Positions 49,110 to 61,202 of a DNA stretch of 61,202 nt are shown one piece after another. The first letter of the stretch is position 1; each line of letters starts with the position of its first letter. A program made the position numbers and the translations under genes. The notes below the pieces were generated by a model, which saw nothing but the letters and a program-made list of their open reading frames with translations, was not told the origin of the DNA and did not search any database. Source of the DNA: Trichinella spiralis (taxonomy: Eukaryota); assembly GCF_000181795.1 (NCBI RefSeq), contig NW_003526940.1, positions 3,074,497 to 3,135,698 on the forward strand, written 5' to 3'.

Positions 49110-52100
49110 ATGTGGAAACCGATATTACTTGGCGTATTTGTACATTGCGTTCTACTTTATGCAGCCCTTGATATATTTTATTCATCACCTGTCATTCATG
49201 GAATGTCTCCACAAGGAGCCAGTTCTTCTCCACCTGCCAAGAGACTCGTATTTATTGTAGCTGATGGACTCCGAGCTGATGCTTTATTTTCCAAAAAGCG
49301 TTGTTTACAAAGAAATTCATTGTTTTTGCGGTATTAGTTTCACTTTAATTTCAACACTTTGAATGCAAGTTTTTCTTTTTAGACGAATGAGTCTCAGGGG
49401 TTCTTGGGGTTATTCACAATGTCGGGTGCCAACCGAATCACGCCCTGGTCATGTTGCTTTATTGTCCGGTATTTATGAGGACGTGAACGCTGTTACTCGT
49501 GGATGGCGTGAAAATCCGGTAGAATTTGATTCTGTTCTTAATCAGTCACGTTACACATGGGCTTGGGGAAGTCCAGATATAGTATCTCTATTTGTTAAAG
49601 GTAGCTGGCTCTTTACTTTTTTATAATTTTTTAAGAAATATTATATATTTTTAGGCAAATACGCATCTCACATTTTTGTCGACGCCTATGCATCACAAAT
49701 GCAGCAGTTTTATCAAGACAGTTCACAGCTTGACGAATGGGTTTTTGATAAAGTTGAGGTAAATTATTTATTTAAAAGCTTTTTATAGTTGTTTTCTTAT
49801 TTCTGTTTTGACTTATTGTTTTTCCAAGGTGTCTTAAATTGAGGACATGGAAAATTTTTTAAATGCGACTGAATCGCAGTAAAGTTATTTAATTGAACAT
49901 TAAATGGCTATTTTTTAGTGATTCAACAGACTTATGCAATTGGCTTAATTTTTTATTTAAAAATAACAAAATAAATATTTTATTTTTATGAAATGAAATT
50001 TTGAACGTTGAAGAATAATTTTAAAAATGTAAGTAAAGTGTTTTTGATGTATTGATTTTCAAGTACAAATGAGACTATATTTTTGTTTGTCTGTTTTTTT
50101 TGATAAATATTGAAAATTGTATAGATTATTCAAAAATAAAGTAAACATTTACCGTCAAGTAATTTCCATATATTTGTAAATATGTGATTGTGAAGGTGTT
50201 TCAGTTTTGTTTCAGCATTTTTTGAACGACTCTTATTACAATTCAACACTTCGTTCTATGGTAATGGAGGAAAAAGTTGTATTTTTTTTGCACCTTCTTG
50301 GGATAGATGTAGCCGGACACAGTTACAAGCCTCATTCAGAAGAGTACGAAAAATCAATACTGCTTGTTGACAAAGGAATTGAAAAGCTTTATGAATTGTT
50401 TGAAAAGTTTTTCAACGATGAACAAACCGCCTACGTGTTCACGTCGGATCACGGTATGACCGACTGGGGATCGCATGGATCTGGTAGTTTGGATGAAATT
50501 TCTACACCTCTGATTGCGTGGGGCGCTGGTATTCGTACCACTACCGTGCCGAAGAATGTCCCACCCTGTTGGAATGATATTGACGAACAACACTGCAGAA
50601 TAAATCAAGTAGTATTCTCCTGGCCGGTATTCTCATGAAGAAATTGCAAAATTTGTTTTATCTTAGGTGGATGTTGCACCTTTTCTGGCGTCGTTGATTG
50701 GCATCAATTTTCCGATGAATTCGGTGGGAATTTTGCCGTTGGATTTGTTGAACGTCTCGCAGAAAGCCGAGTCGTTGTTGATGTGGAATAATTTTAAGCA
50801 AATTTTGGATCAATTTTTGCTGCTGAGAAAGCGAAAAGTCGAAGCCTACTTTGAGATGTTTTTCAGAGAGTTCAACGATTTTAGCTTTGCTAAAATGGAA
50901 ATGTTCGTCAAAACGGTCGAACAGTTACTTGTTCAGAAACGTTATTCGTACGTTGTTCATCTTTGCCAGAAGTGGATTCCGACCCTTTTGCGAGGCGTTG
51001 ATTATTATCATCGATATGAGCAGCGATTTTTGTGCTTTTGCATAGTTTGCTGCTTCGTCACGTGGATAGCTTGTGCAGTTTCGTTCCTCTTCGCACGAGA
51101 TGGTATAGTAAAGAACGATTTCACGTTTATGCACAGTTCTACAGTATACATTTATTTGATATTTTGCTTTTTTGCTTCAATTTTCTGGTTGAACTCATTT
51201 GCATTTTCATATTATCTTTATGCACTTTTGCCGTTTTATTTGTACAACGTCGCGACGACCGGCAAAACGAACATTAAGCTGCTGTTGAAATTGTCAAAAG
51301 TGAACATTTCATTCATGGTGGAAATTATTTTGACTGTAATTTTCGTTGAAATGCTGCTGGCATCGTTCTTTTTCAGAACATCCCTCGTCGTGTGCAACGC
51401 AATTTTAATGTTCTGGTCGGTGACAATCAGTCTGCGCGATTGGACAATTAAACTTTTCTGGATCGTTCTTTGCATGATAACTTCAATTTTTTTAAATTTA
51501 CCCGTCGTCGGCCAAAGTCCATTTTATTCCATGGTCATCGGTTTCAGCTGTTTCATTACTTTGTTCTTCTCGTTGTTTAAGCTTTGCAACTGGAACAATA
51601 ATTGCGCATCCATTCATCCATTGTGCATAGTGTTTCATCTGGCGTTGACGATTAATCTTTCACAAGCTACAACTGAGTTGGAAGAACCGCTTCCCTGGGC
51701 TTGTCGTTTGTGCAGTTGGATTCTGTTGATCAGTTCTCCTTTCATACCACTGACAACCAATACCAGAGTGATAGTGCGGCTGTTGACTGTTTGGTTTTCG
51801 ATTTTATTACCGTTATCTTTGATGAGTGTCAGTTATGAACCGATATTTTTTTCATTCTATGCAATTCAACTCTGCTTGTGGATATGGATCGAGATGAATC
51901 TCGACCGCCATGGGCGGATGCTTTGTTTGCAAGATTTGAATTTCAAAGCTGAGTGCCAATTTTCCCAGTCCATTGCTTGCATGAGCGACATTCGGAAATC
52001 GGCAATTTTCATCTTCTTTTTATTGTTGGGATTTTTTGGTAAGTAAAATCCATATACAATTGTAAACATCTTTTTGGTTTTTGTTAATTTCAATTTAACC

Positions 52101-52570
52101 TTTAGGCACTGGTAATATTGCCAGCATTAACAGTTTTGATCCGAAATTTGTTATGCTTTTTGTCAGTGAATTTAGCCCATTTTTGATGGGTGCACTTTTG
52201 ATGTTGAAAATTTTACTTCCGCTTTTGTTTGCTTGCTGTACATTGCGAGTGTTGGAATTGTTCACTTGTTCAAAGCTGAGCACCATCTATTGGTATGCAG
52301 TGGTCATTTGTGATCTTCTTGCTCTGGTATGGAAATGTGTTTCATGTGCCCGATTGTTATTACGGATTTAATTTAATTTAATTTAATTTAATTTTACTTT
52401 AGCAATTTTTCTTTCTTCTCAAAGATACGGGCAGTTGGTTAGAAATTGGTGAAAGCATCAGTCATTATGTGATTGCGATGACCTTGGTTGCGGTGGTAAT
52501 GACTGTTTATCCATTAGCACGGTTTTTGACTAACTGCGAACTTTTTCCTCAGAAAGTTCACTTGCCCTGA
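49110..52570 (+). CDS. PIGN: GPI ethanolamine phosphate transferase 1 (PIG-N/MCD4), multi-exon
   Basis: [99 protein letters not shown], and a multi-TM C-terminal half. TGA at 52568-52570. Confidence 0.96.
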
Positions 52571-52951
52571 CACTTGATTAATTTTTCTCTCATACTTGTT
52601 TGTATGCGTATTGGAAAATGTTCGCAACAAGAAGTTATGATTGTATTTGCATATGTATGATTAAAAAAGAATAAAATGAAATTGTTTATTTTTTTTGAGA
52701 CCAATTGATTTTATTATGCGTTGAGAAAATGCGAAAAGTTGTGCAATGGAAATTTAATACTGTTCAATATTTGTGATAATGGAAGAAAATTTGAGCTGAA
52801 ATAATTTAAAGAAAAAATTCTTTCAAAATTTGATCTACGTTTGTCCTTGACTATACACATTCTACAGTAGGACAACTCTTCGATGGATGAAATAAGCTGG
52901 TGAAAAGGTTTCGTGAATGTTTCGGCGAGCTTTTTTTCCTCTTGTAAAAAC

Positions 52952-55900
52952 ATGGAATATTTAATTTGCTTGACAATTGTCTCGGTGTTCATTTCGGGTG
53001 AATTAATGAAGAAACGTCATTTTAAAGATTTTTTTTTATTTTCTTGTTTTTGCAGGGAATGTTGGAGCGGGCGAAGTTCGATGCAAGTTTTACATTTCGC
53101 CTCTGCTTCCTGCTCATTTGGACGTTAGAGAAGGTTTGCTCGGTGCTGGCAATGTCAGTTCGTCAAACAGCGACGAGCAGATCTGCTTTCCACAGTTCAG
53201 CCAGTGTATGACTATATGGCAATACTACCCTGGCAACGAAAACATCACAACAATTTCTCTCCAAGGTTGGTTGTTTTGTATGATTTTTTTATTGATTGAT
53301 TGAAAAAATGTTTTTCTTAAAAAAATCATTATTCAATAATGCACATTAGTTGAAGTGTAATTTGGGAAAATGTTCATTTGTTTTTGTTTCGATTTTTATC
53401 GTTTTTAATTTTTTGTGAAAAATATTCGTTCGATTGTTTCGTTTCGATGCTGCTACATTTGCAAGCAAGCGAAGTTTGAATGAGAAAAATTGCAAACGCA
53501 CACAACAGACGCTTACTTACTTTCACCACAGCATTGTTGTATCTTTGATTGAAATCTCAGACGTTCCGTTCACCTTGGTTGAAATTGGTTGTTGATCAGT
53601 TGAATTGAAAGAAAATATTTTTCTCATTCATCAATTTTGCAATAATTTATCACGGTCAATGATCAATTTGGCGCCTCGGGTAAGACTTTCTCAAATGACA
53701 ACTGTTTAAACAAATGTGGCAAAATTTGTTGACCGTTGTTTTTCAACTTTGCAGCTGCTGTTGTTAAATTTAAATTTTTGAAAGCTTGGAAATAATTTAT
53801 CTTTTTTTTTGCTGGAATTTATTCAATTCAGGCTGCTGGAAAAGCAATGATTACGACTGCGAACGGCACAGATGCATCGCCCATGCGGATATTAACACCG
53901 AATTTTTGACCCACAGTCGCTATTGTTGTTGTTCATCTTCACTTTGCAATGAAAATTATACGTACGAATTTATTGCCAAACGTCCATCAGAAACTCGATC
54001 CATCACCGGTATGTATGCTTAATTTTGTATTTTTCAGCTTTGTTGTGACTGATTTTCACCGAATGAATAGCTGAACTTTTGACCTTAATAGAACTTTGAT
54101 TTAAAGCACATCTTATGCTGGTAATTTATGCAGTGGGAATTTAATTGAAAAAATAAAAAATAATAATAAGAAGAATAAGAAAGATCGAATAGAGTAAATT
54201 CTTTTTTTTTTCAATTTTGTTTGCAAAATGTATATTTTTCATAATTGAAAAAAAGAATATATTTTCAAAAATTTAATTTCGTTCGTTGAAGTTTTTTTGG
54301 TGTTGTGTTTTCGACAAATTTATGTAATTTATAAGTTGTTTAAAATTGGAAAAAGAAAAGAACAAACTTCGAGAAATTGTTGTTCAAATTGGAATTATTT
54401 ATTAATGGCATCAGTATTTTGACAGGTGAAGGTTGAAAATATATTTTTAAAATATTATCTATGTCAAAGTTAGTGGAAAAAGTATTTTTCATCATCATTA
54501 TTATATAAATGAAGTGAAGCTAGAAGAAATAATAATAATAATAATGACATCTTTTGCATCTATTTATATTTTATTTAAAAAAAGTCTTTCATGTTTGATC
54601 ACAATGTAAACTTATTTTTCTTTTCTGTTGTAAAATGGATTTATAATTACACAAATCATACAACTGTTTAAAAAAATGCCAAATATTGTTGGAAAGAATG
54701 GAATGGTGAAAAATGCAGTTGTTATCATCATCAGTTTTTTGTAATGGGATTGAAATTTTCCAGATGAAAACAACGGTGTCAAAGAGTTTACAATTTCGAT
54801 TAGCATATTTGTGCTGTTCATCGTCGTCGCGTTGGTCGCGTTGGTCTATTTGATCGTTCGATTGTGCTTCAGTTCGGGTTCGTTGTTCACCGTTTGCACC
54901 AAACACTGTTTGGGCAAAAGGCAGTTGTTGTTGTTCAACGGCAAAACTGGGGCCGGCTTGGACGAACACCAGGACGTGAACCCGGCCGACATTTGCCTGT
55001 TCCACGTGCTCTGCACCGGTCGGTACAGTACCACTTGGTTGGCATCGTTCGGCGGTCGCCACGTGGCGGTCAAAATGTACGTCGACGAGGCCGCGTCCAG
55101 TTATGCTAACGAATTGGCCGTATTCAAATTGCCGTTGATGAATCACGACAATTTGGTCAATTTCTATTGTTGTTCCTCCTCCTCTTCTGGTGGCAATACC
55201 GGTGCCAACAAGGATGTGAACAATCATCATCCAGGTCTGGGCAAGTACTGGTTAGTTACTGGTTACGAAGCCGGCGGCACGTTGACTGAATTTCTCAACG
55301 TGAACAAACTTTCTTGGATTGAAATGTGCCGCATGGCTGCTTCGGTAACCAGGGGTTTGGCGCATTTGCATTCTGAGTTGAAATCTGGAGGTGAGATGAG
55401 TGTTTTTTCTTTTTAATATTTCTATTTGTTTTCTAGCAAAATTCATTTCTTTGAAAAGATCAATAAATAAATTGTGTAATTTTTTAATCAGGCTTAGTGA
55501 AACCAGCTATTGCGCATCGGGATGTGAAGAGTGGAAATGTGCTTGTTAAAAGCAACGGCGAATGTTGTTTGTGCGATTTCGGTTTTGCCATCGTTTTGGA
55601 CAAAACTGCTCTTTGCAAAAATGGAATTTGTGCATCGTTGACTGAGGTTGAATTGAATTTTTAAATTAAATTAAATTAAATTTGGCATCTTAGTTTTTTT
55701 TTGATTCAGGTTGGAACTTTCCGTTATATGGCACCCGAATTGTTGGAAGGAGCGGCGAATTTGCGCGATCCAGAGACAACGTTGAAGCAGGTCGACGTGT
55801 ACGCTTTGGGACTTGTTCTTTGGGAAATCGTTTCCAGATGTCAGCACGTCTACATGATGAGTCGTATGAGATACAGATCATACGTGTATTTTATTTTAAT

Positions 55901-57417
55901 AATTTTTAATAAAATTAATTTCCACTCGCAGATCAATCAGTTCCGGAATATATTCTTCCATTTGGTGACGAAGTGCCCGCATGTCCGTCTTTGGAAACGA
56001 TGCAACTTGTAGTTTGCAAGAAAAAGCATCGTCCACTGTTCGCACCGGCCATGTATCAAACTACTCACGGAGTAAGATAGAAAAACATATCTTATATTAT
56101 TTGTGATGATCATTTTATTGAAAAATAATAAAATTTTGTTTTCTTTTCAGCCGTTGAAAAGTCTTCGAGAATTGATCGAAGATTGTTGGGATCAAGATTG
56201 CGAAGCTCGAATTTCTTCACTGTGTGCCGAAGAACGATTCAACGAACTAATTTACGCTTATGGTAAGTTTTGAATTGATTGTTGTTCGTTCTTTTTGATT
56301 TTTAATTAAAAAAAAACAGAATTTTTTTTTTCAAAAATTTCAAATTATTTTTAGACAATACAACAGAAGCGGAATTTATTGATAATTATCAACCTTTGAA
56401 AATTAAACAACAAAACAACGCTGTTGCTGGAGAAGAAGAAGAAGATGATGATGATGATGAAGATGAAGATCTAGTAGTCGATGGTGATGATGGAGAAACG
56501 GAATTTTTGATTAATAATGGTCAAATCAGCATGCCGGATAGTGCTGTTGGAAGTGGTTCATCGGATTCGAATGGTCAATTTTATTACCGAGGCAATTCGT
56601 CGTCGGACACCAATCGCACCGATACTTCTGGCTTCATCAGTGTCGGCTTGACGACTAGCAGCTGCAGCAGCAGCAGCGATCGCGGCCGAAGCTACAACTC
56701 GTCTTCAGGTAATGATGATGATTTTCAGCTTTATTTTATTTTTTTTTCAATTTATTACAATTGCACACAGGATATCAGACGAACACGTCGGATTCGTTGA
56801 TGCGCAGTGATGATGCTGATCCGAAGGGACAATTGAGCCAAAAGAAAAAGAATCCAGGCTACGATGAATTGCATTCAAATTTGAAGCAATACAAAAAAAT
56901 CTGTACTGCCAACGGCGACGATTTCGACGACGACATCTCTTTGCCAAATTTATCACTGTCCATTAAATCTCTCCATTACAACAACAGCAGCAACAACAAC
57001 AACAACAATCATCCAATGAGAAGGAATGATTTATATCCGCTGTTGTTGGTGAAAAGTGCCACTTCGGGCACCAGTAGTGGAACAGCGACTACCAATCCGT
57101 GCAATTTGACGACGATTGATCAAGTTTTAAAAAGCCAAATTTATGATCAGTTGAAAATGAAAGTCGAAGACGATTCGTCGACAGACACCGGCTGCATGAG
57201 CACTACAACGCAACTTTCTACCGAAGGTACAACTTCCTCTTCTTCTTCATCTGCTGCTGCTTCTGCTTCTAATTCTGCTTCTTCTTCATCGGATGATCGT
57301 AGTCGACTCGAAGAAGCAGAAGATTCAGTTTTTGTTCAAGCATTGTACAAAAAGCCTTCCGCAAAAGATGACGACACTCTGCCCAACTTTTGCTCCTCTT
57401 CTTACAACATAGTTTAA
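52952..57417 (+). CDS. BMPR2: TGF-beta family type II receptor Ser/Thr kinase, BMPR2/Wishful thinking-like, with long Ser-rich tail
   Basis: Signal peptide [15 protein letters not shown], Cys-box QGCW...[10 protein letters not shown], one TM, no GS box. Kinase motifs [27 protein letters not shown] and [19 protein letters not shown]...[11 protein letters not shown] (BMPR2-type), then [11 protein letters not shown] and a long C-terminal tail. Confidence 0.88.
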
Positions 57418-57539
57418 AGTATTATTATTCCTATATATTATATTATTACTGAATAGTGCTTTGTTTTTTTTATTGGTTTTTATTTATTTATTTATTTACT
57501 TTATTTTATTTGTTTGTTTTTCTCTTTTATTAGTTATAC

Positions 57540-57952
57540 ATTTGTAGGTGTGTGTGTGTGTGTGTATATGTATGGGTGCGCTTCGAAATTATATGCTATC
57601 GCTTGCTGCTGTTCTCGTTGTTGTTGCTGCTGTTGCTGTTGTTCACTGACATTTATTATTATTGTACTGCGTTTGATACGATGAAATTTTCTTTTTTTAA
57701 TTATTATTCTTTTTAAAAATATTTCTTTTTATTTCTTTTCACGAAAGTTGTCTGTTTTTCTTTTTTTTATTTTTGTCAAAATGTCACGGGATAAAATTGT
57801 TATTTATATGCATGTTCTTTCTATTTTTTACATTTATTTATTTTTGAATTATTGCTTAGCCGAGTGAGTGATCAGTTTGTTCTTTATTTATATAAATGTA
57901 TTTATTCCTACATGTAGCAGTCATGCACGTTGCTATTTTCTTTTTTTTTTTT

Positions 57953-58001
<49 letters not shown>
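57540..58001. repeat. Microsatellites (TG)n, (GTT/GCT)n, (CT)n-(AT)n in the receptor 3' region
   Basis: Directly visible simple repeats. Confidence 0.85.
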
Positions 58002-58005
<4 letters not shown>

Positions 58006-58867
58006 CAATACGTGAAGTGAAATTTCCACTTGAAATTATTGCTTATTTGCATATTAGATGCATATTTTTTAAAGTATTTATTTTGTGTTCGGCAATAATA
58101 TGAAATTCAACATTATTGTTCAGTTGAATGAAATTCGAACAGGTATAATTTGTGTTTGTCGTCTGTCAGATGCTTCTCTCTCCCTTTCTCTCAGACGTGG
58201 AAAAAAGTAATTAATCCACTAATTCAGTTTGAATTTTTATAAATTTTGTTTTCCTTTTCTACTAGAAAATATATTAATGAAAGTTTTATTCGAAATGTTG
58301 TTTTATTCTTTTTTTTCATTTTCATTTAAATAAAAGTATGAATATAAATTGCAGTAAAAATTTCAAATCAATAAAAGAAATTAACTTTTATTGTCAATGA
58401 TTGCAATTTCACTCGCAGTTTTGCTGCTAAACAGAGCACTGTTGGTTGACTTTGGTAGCGAAGTGTACTTTTTTTTCTTGTAATTGACTTTTGATCCTCG
58501 AAATTGTCATTGATACCTAGTCGAATAGACGACCAACCAACATTATCTCATTTTACTTTTAATTGAGATTAATCTAGATCAATTAATTAATATACATACA
58601 GCGCGATTTATTTGAATAACACACTTTGTCTGGCATGCGTACACACACCACACAAAGCAGGCATACGGTAAGTAGGGACTATGAATAGCGGTGTTCAATT
58701 TTATTGGCATTTTTTATTTCATTGTATGACAGCATTTGTGAATACGATAGTAGTTTTTTTTTCTTGTTTCAAAACAAGATTTTGACAATTTGCCGACAAT
58801 GAATCGTCGTACAAAATCTCATTTATCAGCGACCAGAGCTGTCAGTGGTCTCAAACGATTCAGTTAA

Positions 58868-60388
58868 CCGTTTAGTGACTGAATTGTGATCCAGTTGGAA
58901 TGGATACTTAATTTTGCAGCCATTAAGTCCTTGAGTGTTAGTTAAGATATAAATGAAAAATGGTTATGAAAAAATAATTAGAAGGTTGTTTTTTATCACG
59001 TTCTTATGTGGGAACATTGGAGACTACGGTGTCTACATGAAACCAGTATACGGTGTTTATTTCTACAGTACATCACTTCTGAATAGTAAACATAGTGGAA
59101 AAAAACAGTTACACAATAGTATTAAGATATCTTAGATATAAGTCACAGTTACTGATGATATAATGGGAAGCATATCTGATGCAGCCGTTTGCCACACTGT
59201 AAACACTGATTTCTACAGTTTTTTTTACAAACTGCGCATCGACCCTTCGTACTTGACTGCAAAAAATGTCCACGTGACCTTCGCAAACTGTGTGGCAAGT
59301 GGATATGTGGCCCAGGCCTTGAGATCGGTAGGGGCCTTGCTCGAAGGAGATGAACTGTAATATCCCTTCTAAATGCCAAATGTGCCATCGCTGATCTGTC
59401 AGCGTCGTGCAGTTCACAATGAAGTCGCCAAGCAGCAACCACTGCTACGTTTTGGGCATTATTTAAAAGGTTCCACCACCATTTTCTTGATCTTATTTTT
59501 GGTCTATAACTGTACAAAAGCATATCCATTGTGTCCACCCCATCCATGCTTTCGTCAATCGACAGTTTCTCTTGAAAAACGCCGAACTGCAGCAACTTTT
59601 GGTTCAAGTTCATAAAGAGGTTTAATCTTTCCCATCAAATCATCTTTTTTAATTTTGAATTATTCACTAGATGAAAGTAACGTTTAACATTCTTGAACTC
59701 ATTCCTTGCCATCACACGTGGCACAATGGATACGCATACATCATCCGCCGTACTCCAAAAGTGGTTCTCATTTGGAACCGAATGATAGCCACTCAACAAA
59801 ATCAGGCCAAAGAACTGCATAAGAGCATATATCTGGCTTTTATTCGCAAAGTCTTCAATTTTTTCTACTGGAAGTATTTTATGAAAAAGTTCTGTAGGAC
59901 TCAGTGGAATCAGTTCAGAAGCTGTTTCATGCAATGCAAGTGGCTTTTCTTTACCCAAATCTGACGAGAAACATGTTTTTCTTTTCCACGATGTCTTCTC
60001 TACAGGCAATGTATCAATGGATTCAGAATCTGATTCGTAATCATCATGCATAACTGTAACGTCTCACTCACCGCAGACATCTTCTGGTGTCACTTCGTCC
60101 AGATTATTTTCGTCCACATGTTCTTCATCAGTGATATTGCCATTTTCCGTGGGTGGTAGCTGGCATATTTCTGCCGTTGATTGCATTTCTTCAGGAAAAG
60201 ATTCAATAGAATCCATAGCACTCTCCAAAGTCACAAACCGTCTCGACATGGCTCACGATTAGTTCAAATGAGGTAAGAGGTAGATGCTAAGTTAGAAATG
60301 GTAGTCAACTGCTGTTAAATAACAGCCATTCATTGCCACCTGACGGGTTCTTATCATATGCATGAGACACCGGGACAGTTGGCCGGAT
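58868..60388 (-). mobile_element. piggyBac-like (PGBD2/3-type) internally deleted transposase relic
   Basis: TTAA|CCGTTTAG end at 58864-58868. Broken ORFs: acidic N-terminus from 60249, FFGLILLSGY...HFWST...MARNEF..VKRYFH, LSIDESM fused directly to DGVDTMD, YRPKIRSRKWWW, and C-terminal CAVC...CLQC...LH..CF...H. Confidence 0.85.
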
Positions 60389-61097
60389 GGGATGGTGGAT
60401 TCCGGGACAAATTTTCACGGTCTAATTTTACTGGTCGTTGAACTCGCTATTTCATTGGACCTTCAATTTGTCGTCTTATTAATATTTCCGTATCTAATTG
60501 CTCATTGAATCAAACNNNNNNNNNNCTTTAATAGTGGTGACGTAACATTAATAATGAAATTATTCCTTATTTGGGAATTGTTTCAATCAAGATTTATAAG
60601 TTTTATCATTCATTGAAATTTTGTTTTTCCAATATATTATTAGTGAAGTTTATACTTTTTAAATACGAGTATAATACAATACAATACAATTATAATATAG
60701 TACAATACAACACAACAAAATAGAATAAAAATATAATACAAGCCACCACTTGGAAGGCGGGACTAAATCGGCTCCGGCGTTAAATACATTAAAGCTGCTA
60801 GGAACTGCTCCAGCGTACGTCTACCGTTGGTGTATTCACCCGTATATTGTGCAACCCGTCGTTGCTTTAGAGCATAAATCCTGTTTACCCGTCTTAAGTC
60901 ACCAACGGTCACGATTCCTGATAGCACCTGTTGAATAAGGGTGTCTGTAACACACTGTTCCGCTATCAGGAGCTCAAGCAGTTCATAAAACCCGTTATGA
61001 CTTTTAGCCGCTTTTCTGTTGAGCCGATTATGCCAACCTTCCAAGTGGTTATTTGTCCTAATATTTACATTATGTACATTCCATAGCGGCAGTCGCG
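60389..61097 (-). mobile_element. MULE transposase C-terminal fragment plus TIR
   Basis: LWNVHNVNIRTNNHLEGWHNRLNRK...FYELL (MULE TNN..E.WH motif) ending at 60763. TIR begins GGGATG at 60389 and resembles the 30463 and 33771 TIRs. Confidence 0.8.
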
Positions 61098-61202
61098 TAC
61101 ATTGAATAAGTGCATAAGATTTTTGGCCGAAAAAAATTCCCTGTACTTAATTAAACGATAGATAGTGGATAAGTGCATGCAAATTTCTTTCGAAAGTCCA
61201 TG
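61098..61202 (+). mobile_element. Tc1/pogo-like terminal sequence, same family as 30944-31073, cut by the window end
   Basis: TGAATAAGTGCATAAGATTTTTGGCCGAAAAAAATTCCCTGTA...GGATAAGTGCATG aligns with 30955-31045. Confidence 0.6.

Noticed and set aside
52570..52952. PIGN-BMPR2 operon (381-bp same-strand spacing)
   Set aside because: Short spacing is normal in this compact genome and cannot be supported without spliced-leader data.
54589..55230. 213-aa antisense ORF over the receptor kinase exon
   Set aside because: Shadow ORF that runs into intron sequence, with no motifs.

Overview
AT-rich, gene-dense eukaryotic genomic DNA with short (~50-80 bp) GT-AG introns and several assembly gaps. Gene structure and repeat families suggest a clade I nematode such as Trichinella; this is inference. 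Twelve protein-coding genes can be read: TMF1 (-), an intronless WDR5-like gene (+), a secreted trypsin-fold protease (+), a Mesh/SUSD2-like NIDO-IPT-AMOP-VWD-Sushi membrane protein (+), PWP1 (-), LARP1 (+), RER1 (+), an ESE/ELF-type PNT-ETS factor (-), ATG13 (+), RSU1 (-), PIGN (+) and a BMPR2/Wit-like type II receptor kinase (+). There are three transposon clusters. At 7.4-11.8 kb two inverted piggyBac-like relics flank a BEL/Pao LTR-PBS-gag fragment. At 30.3-34.0 kb lie FLYWCH-MULE pieces, a pogo/Tc1-like end and unclassified repeats. At 58.9-61.2 kb a piggyBac relic is interrupted by a MULE, itself followed by a pogo-like end. I found no tRNA, rRNA or CRISPR and no wholly new multi-gene system. 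The best leads are an intronless WDR5 with a natural F263A-equivalent change in the WIN pocket, a spliced poison-exon or micro-gene cassette inside a PWP1 intron, an ETS/CRE/forkhead motif cluster in the ETS gene's own intron, and a 190-bp perfectly identical block between otherwise diverged inverted piggyBac copies. Multi-exon CDS coordinates are start codon to stop codon, read by eye.
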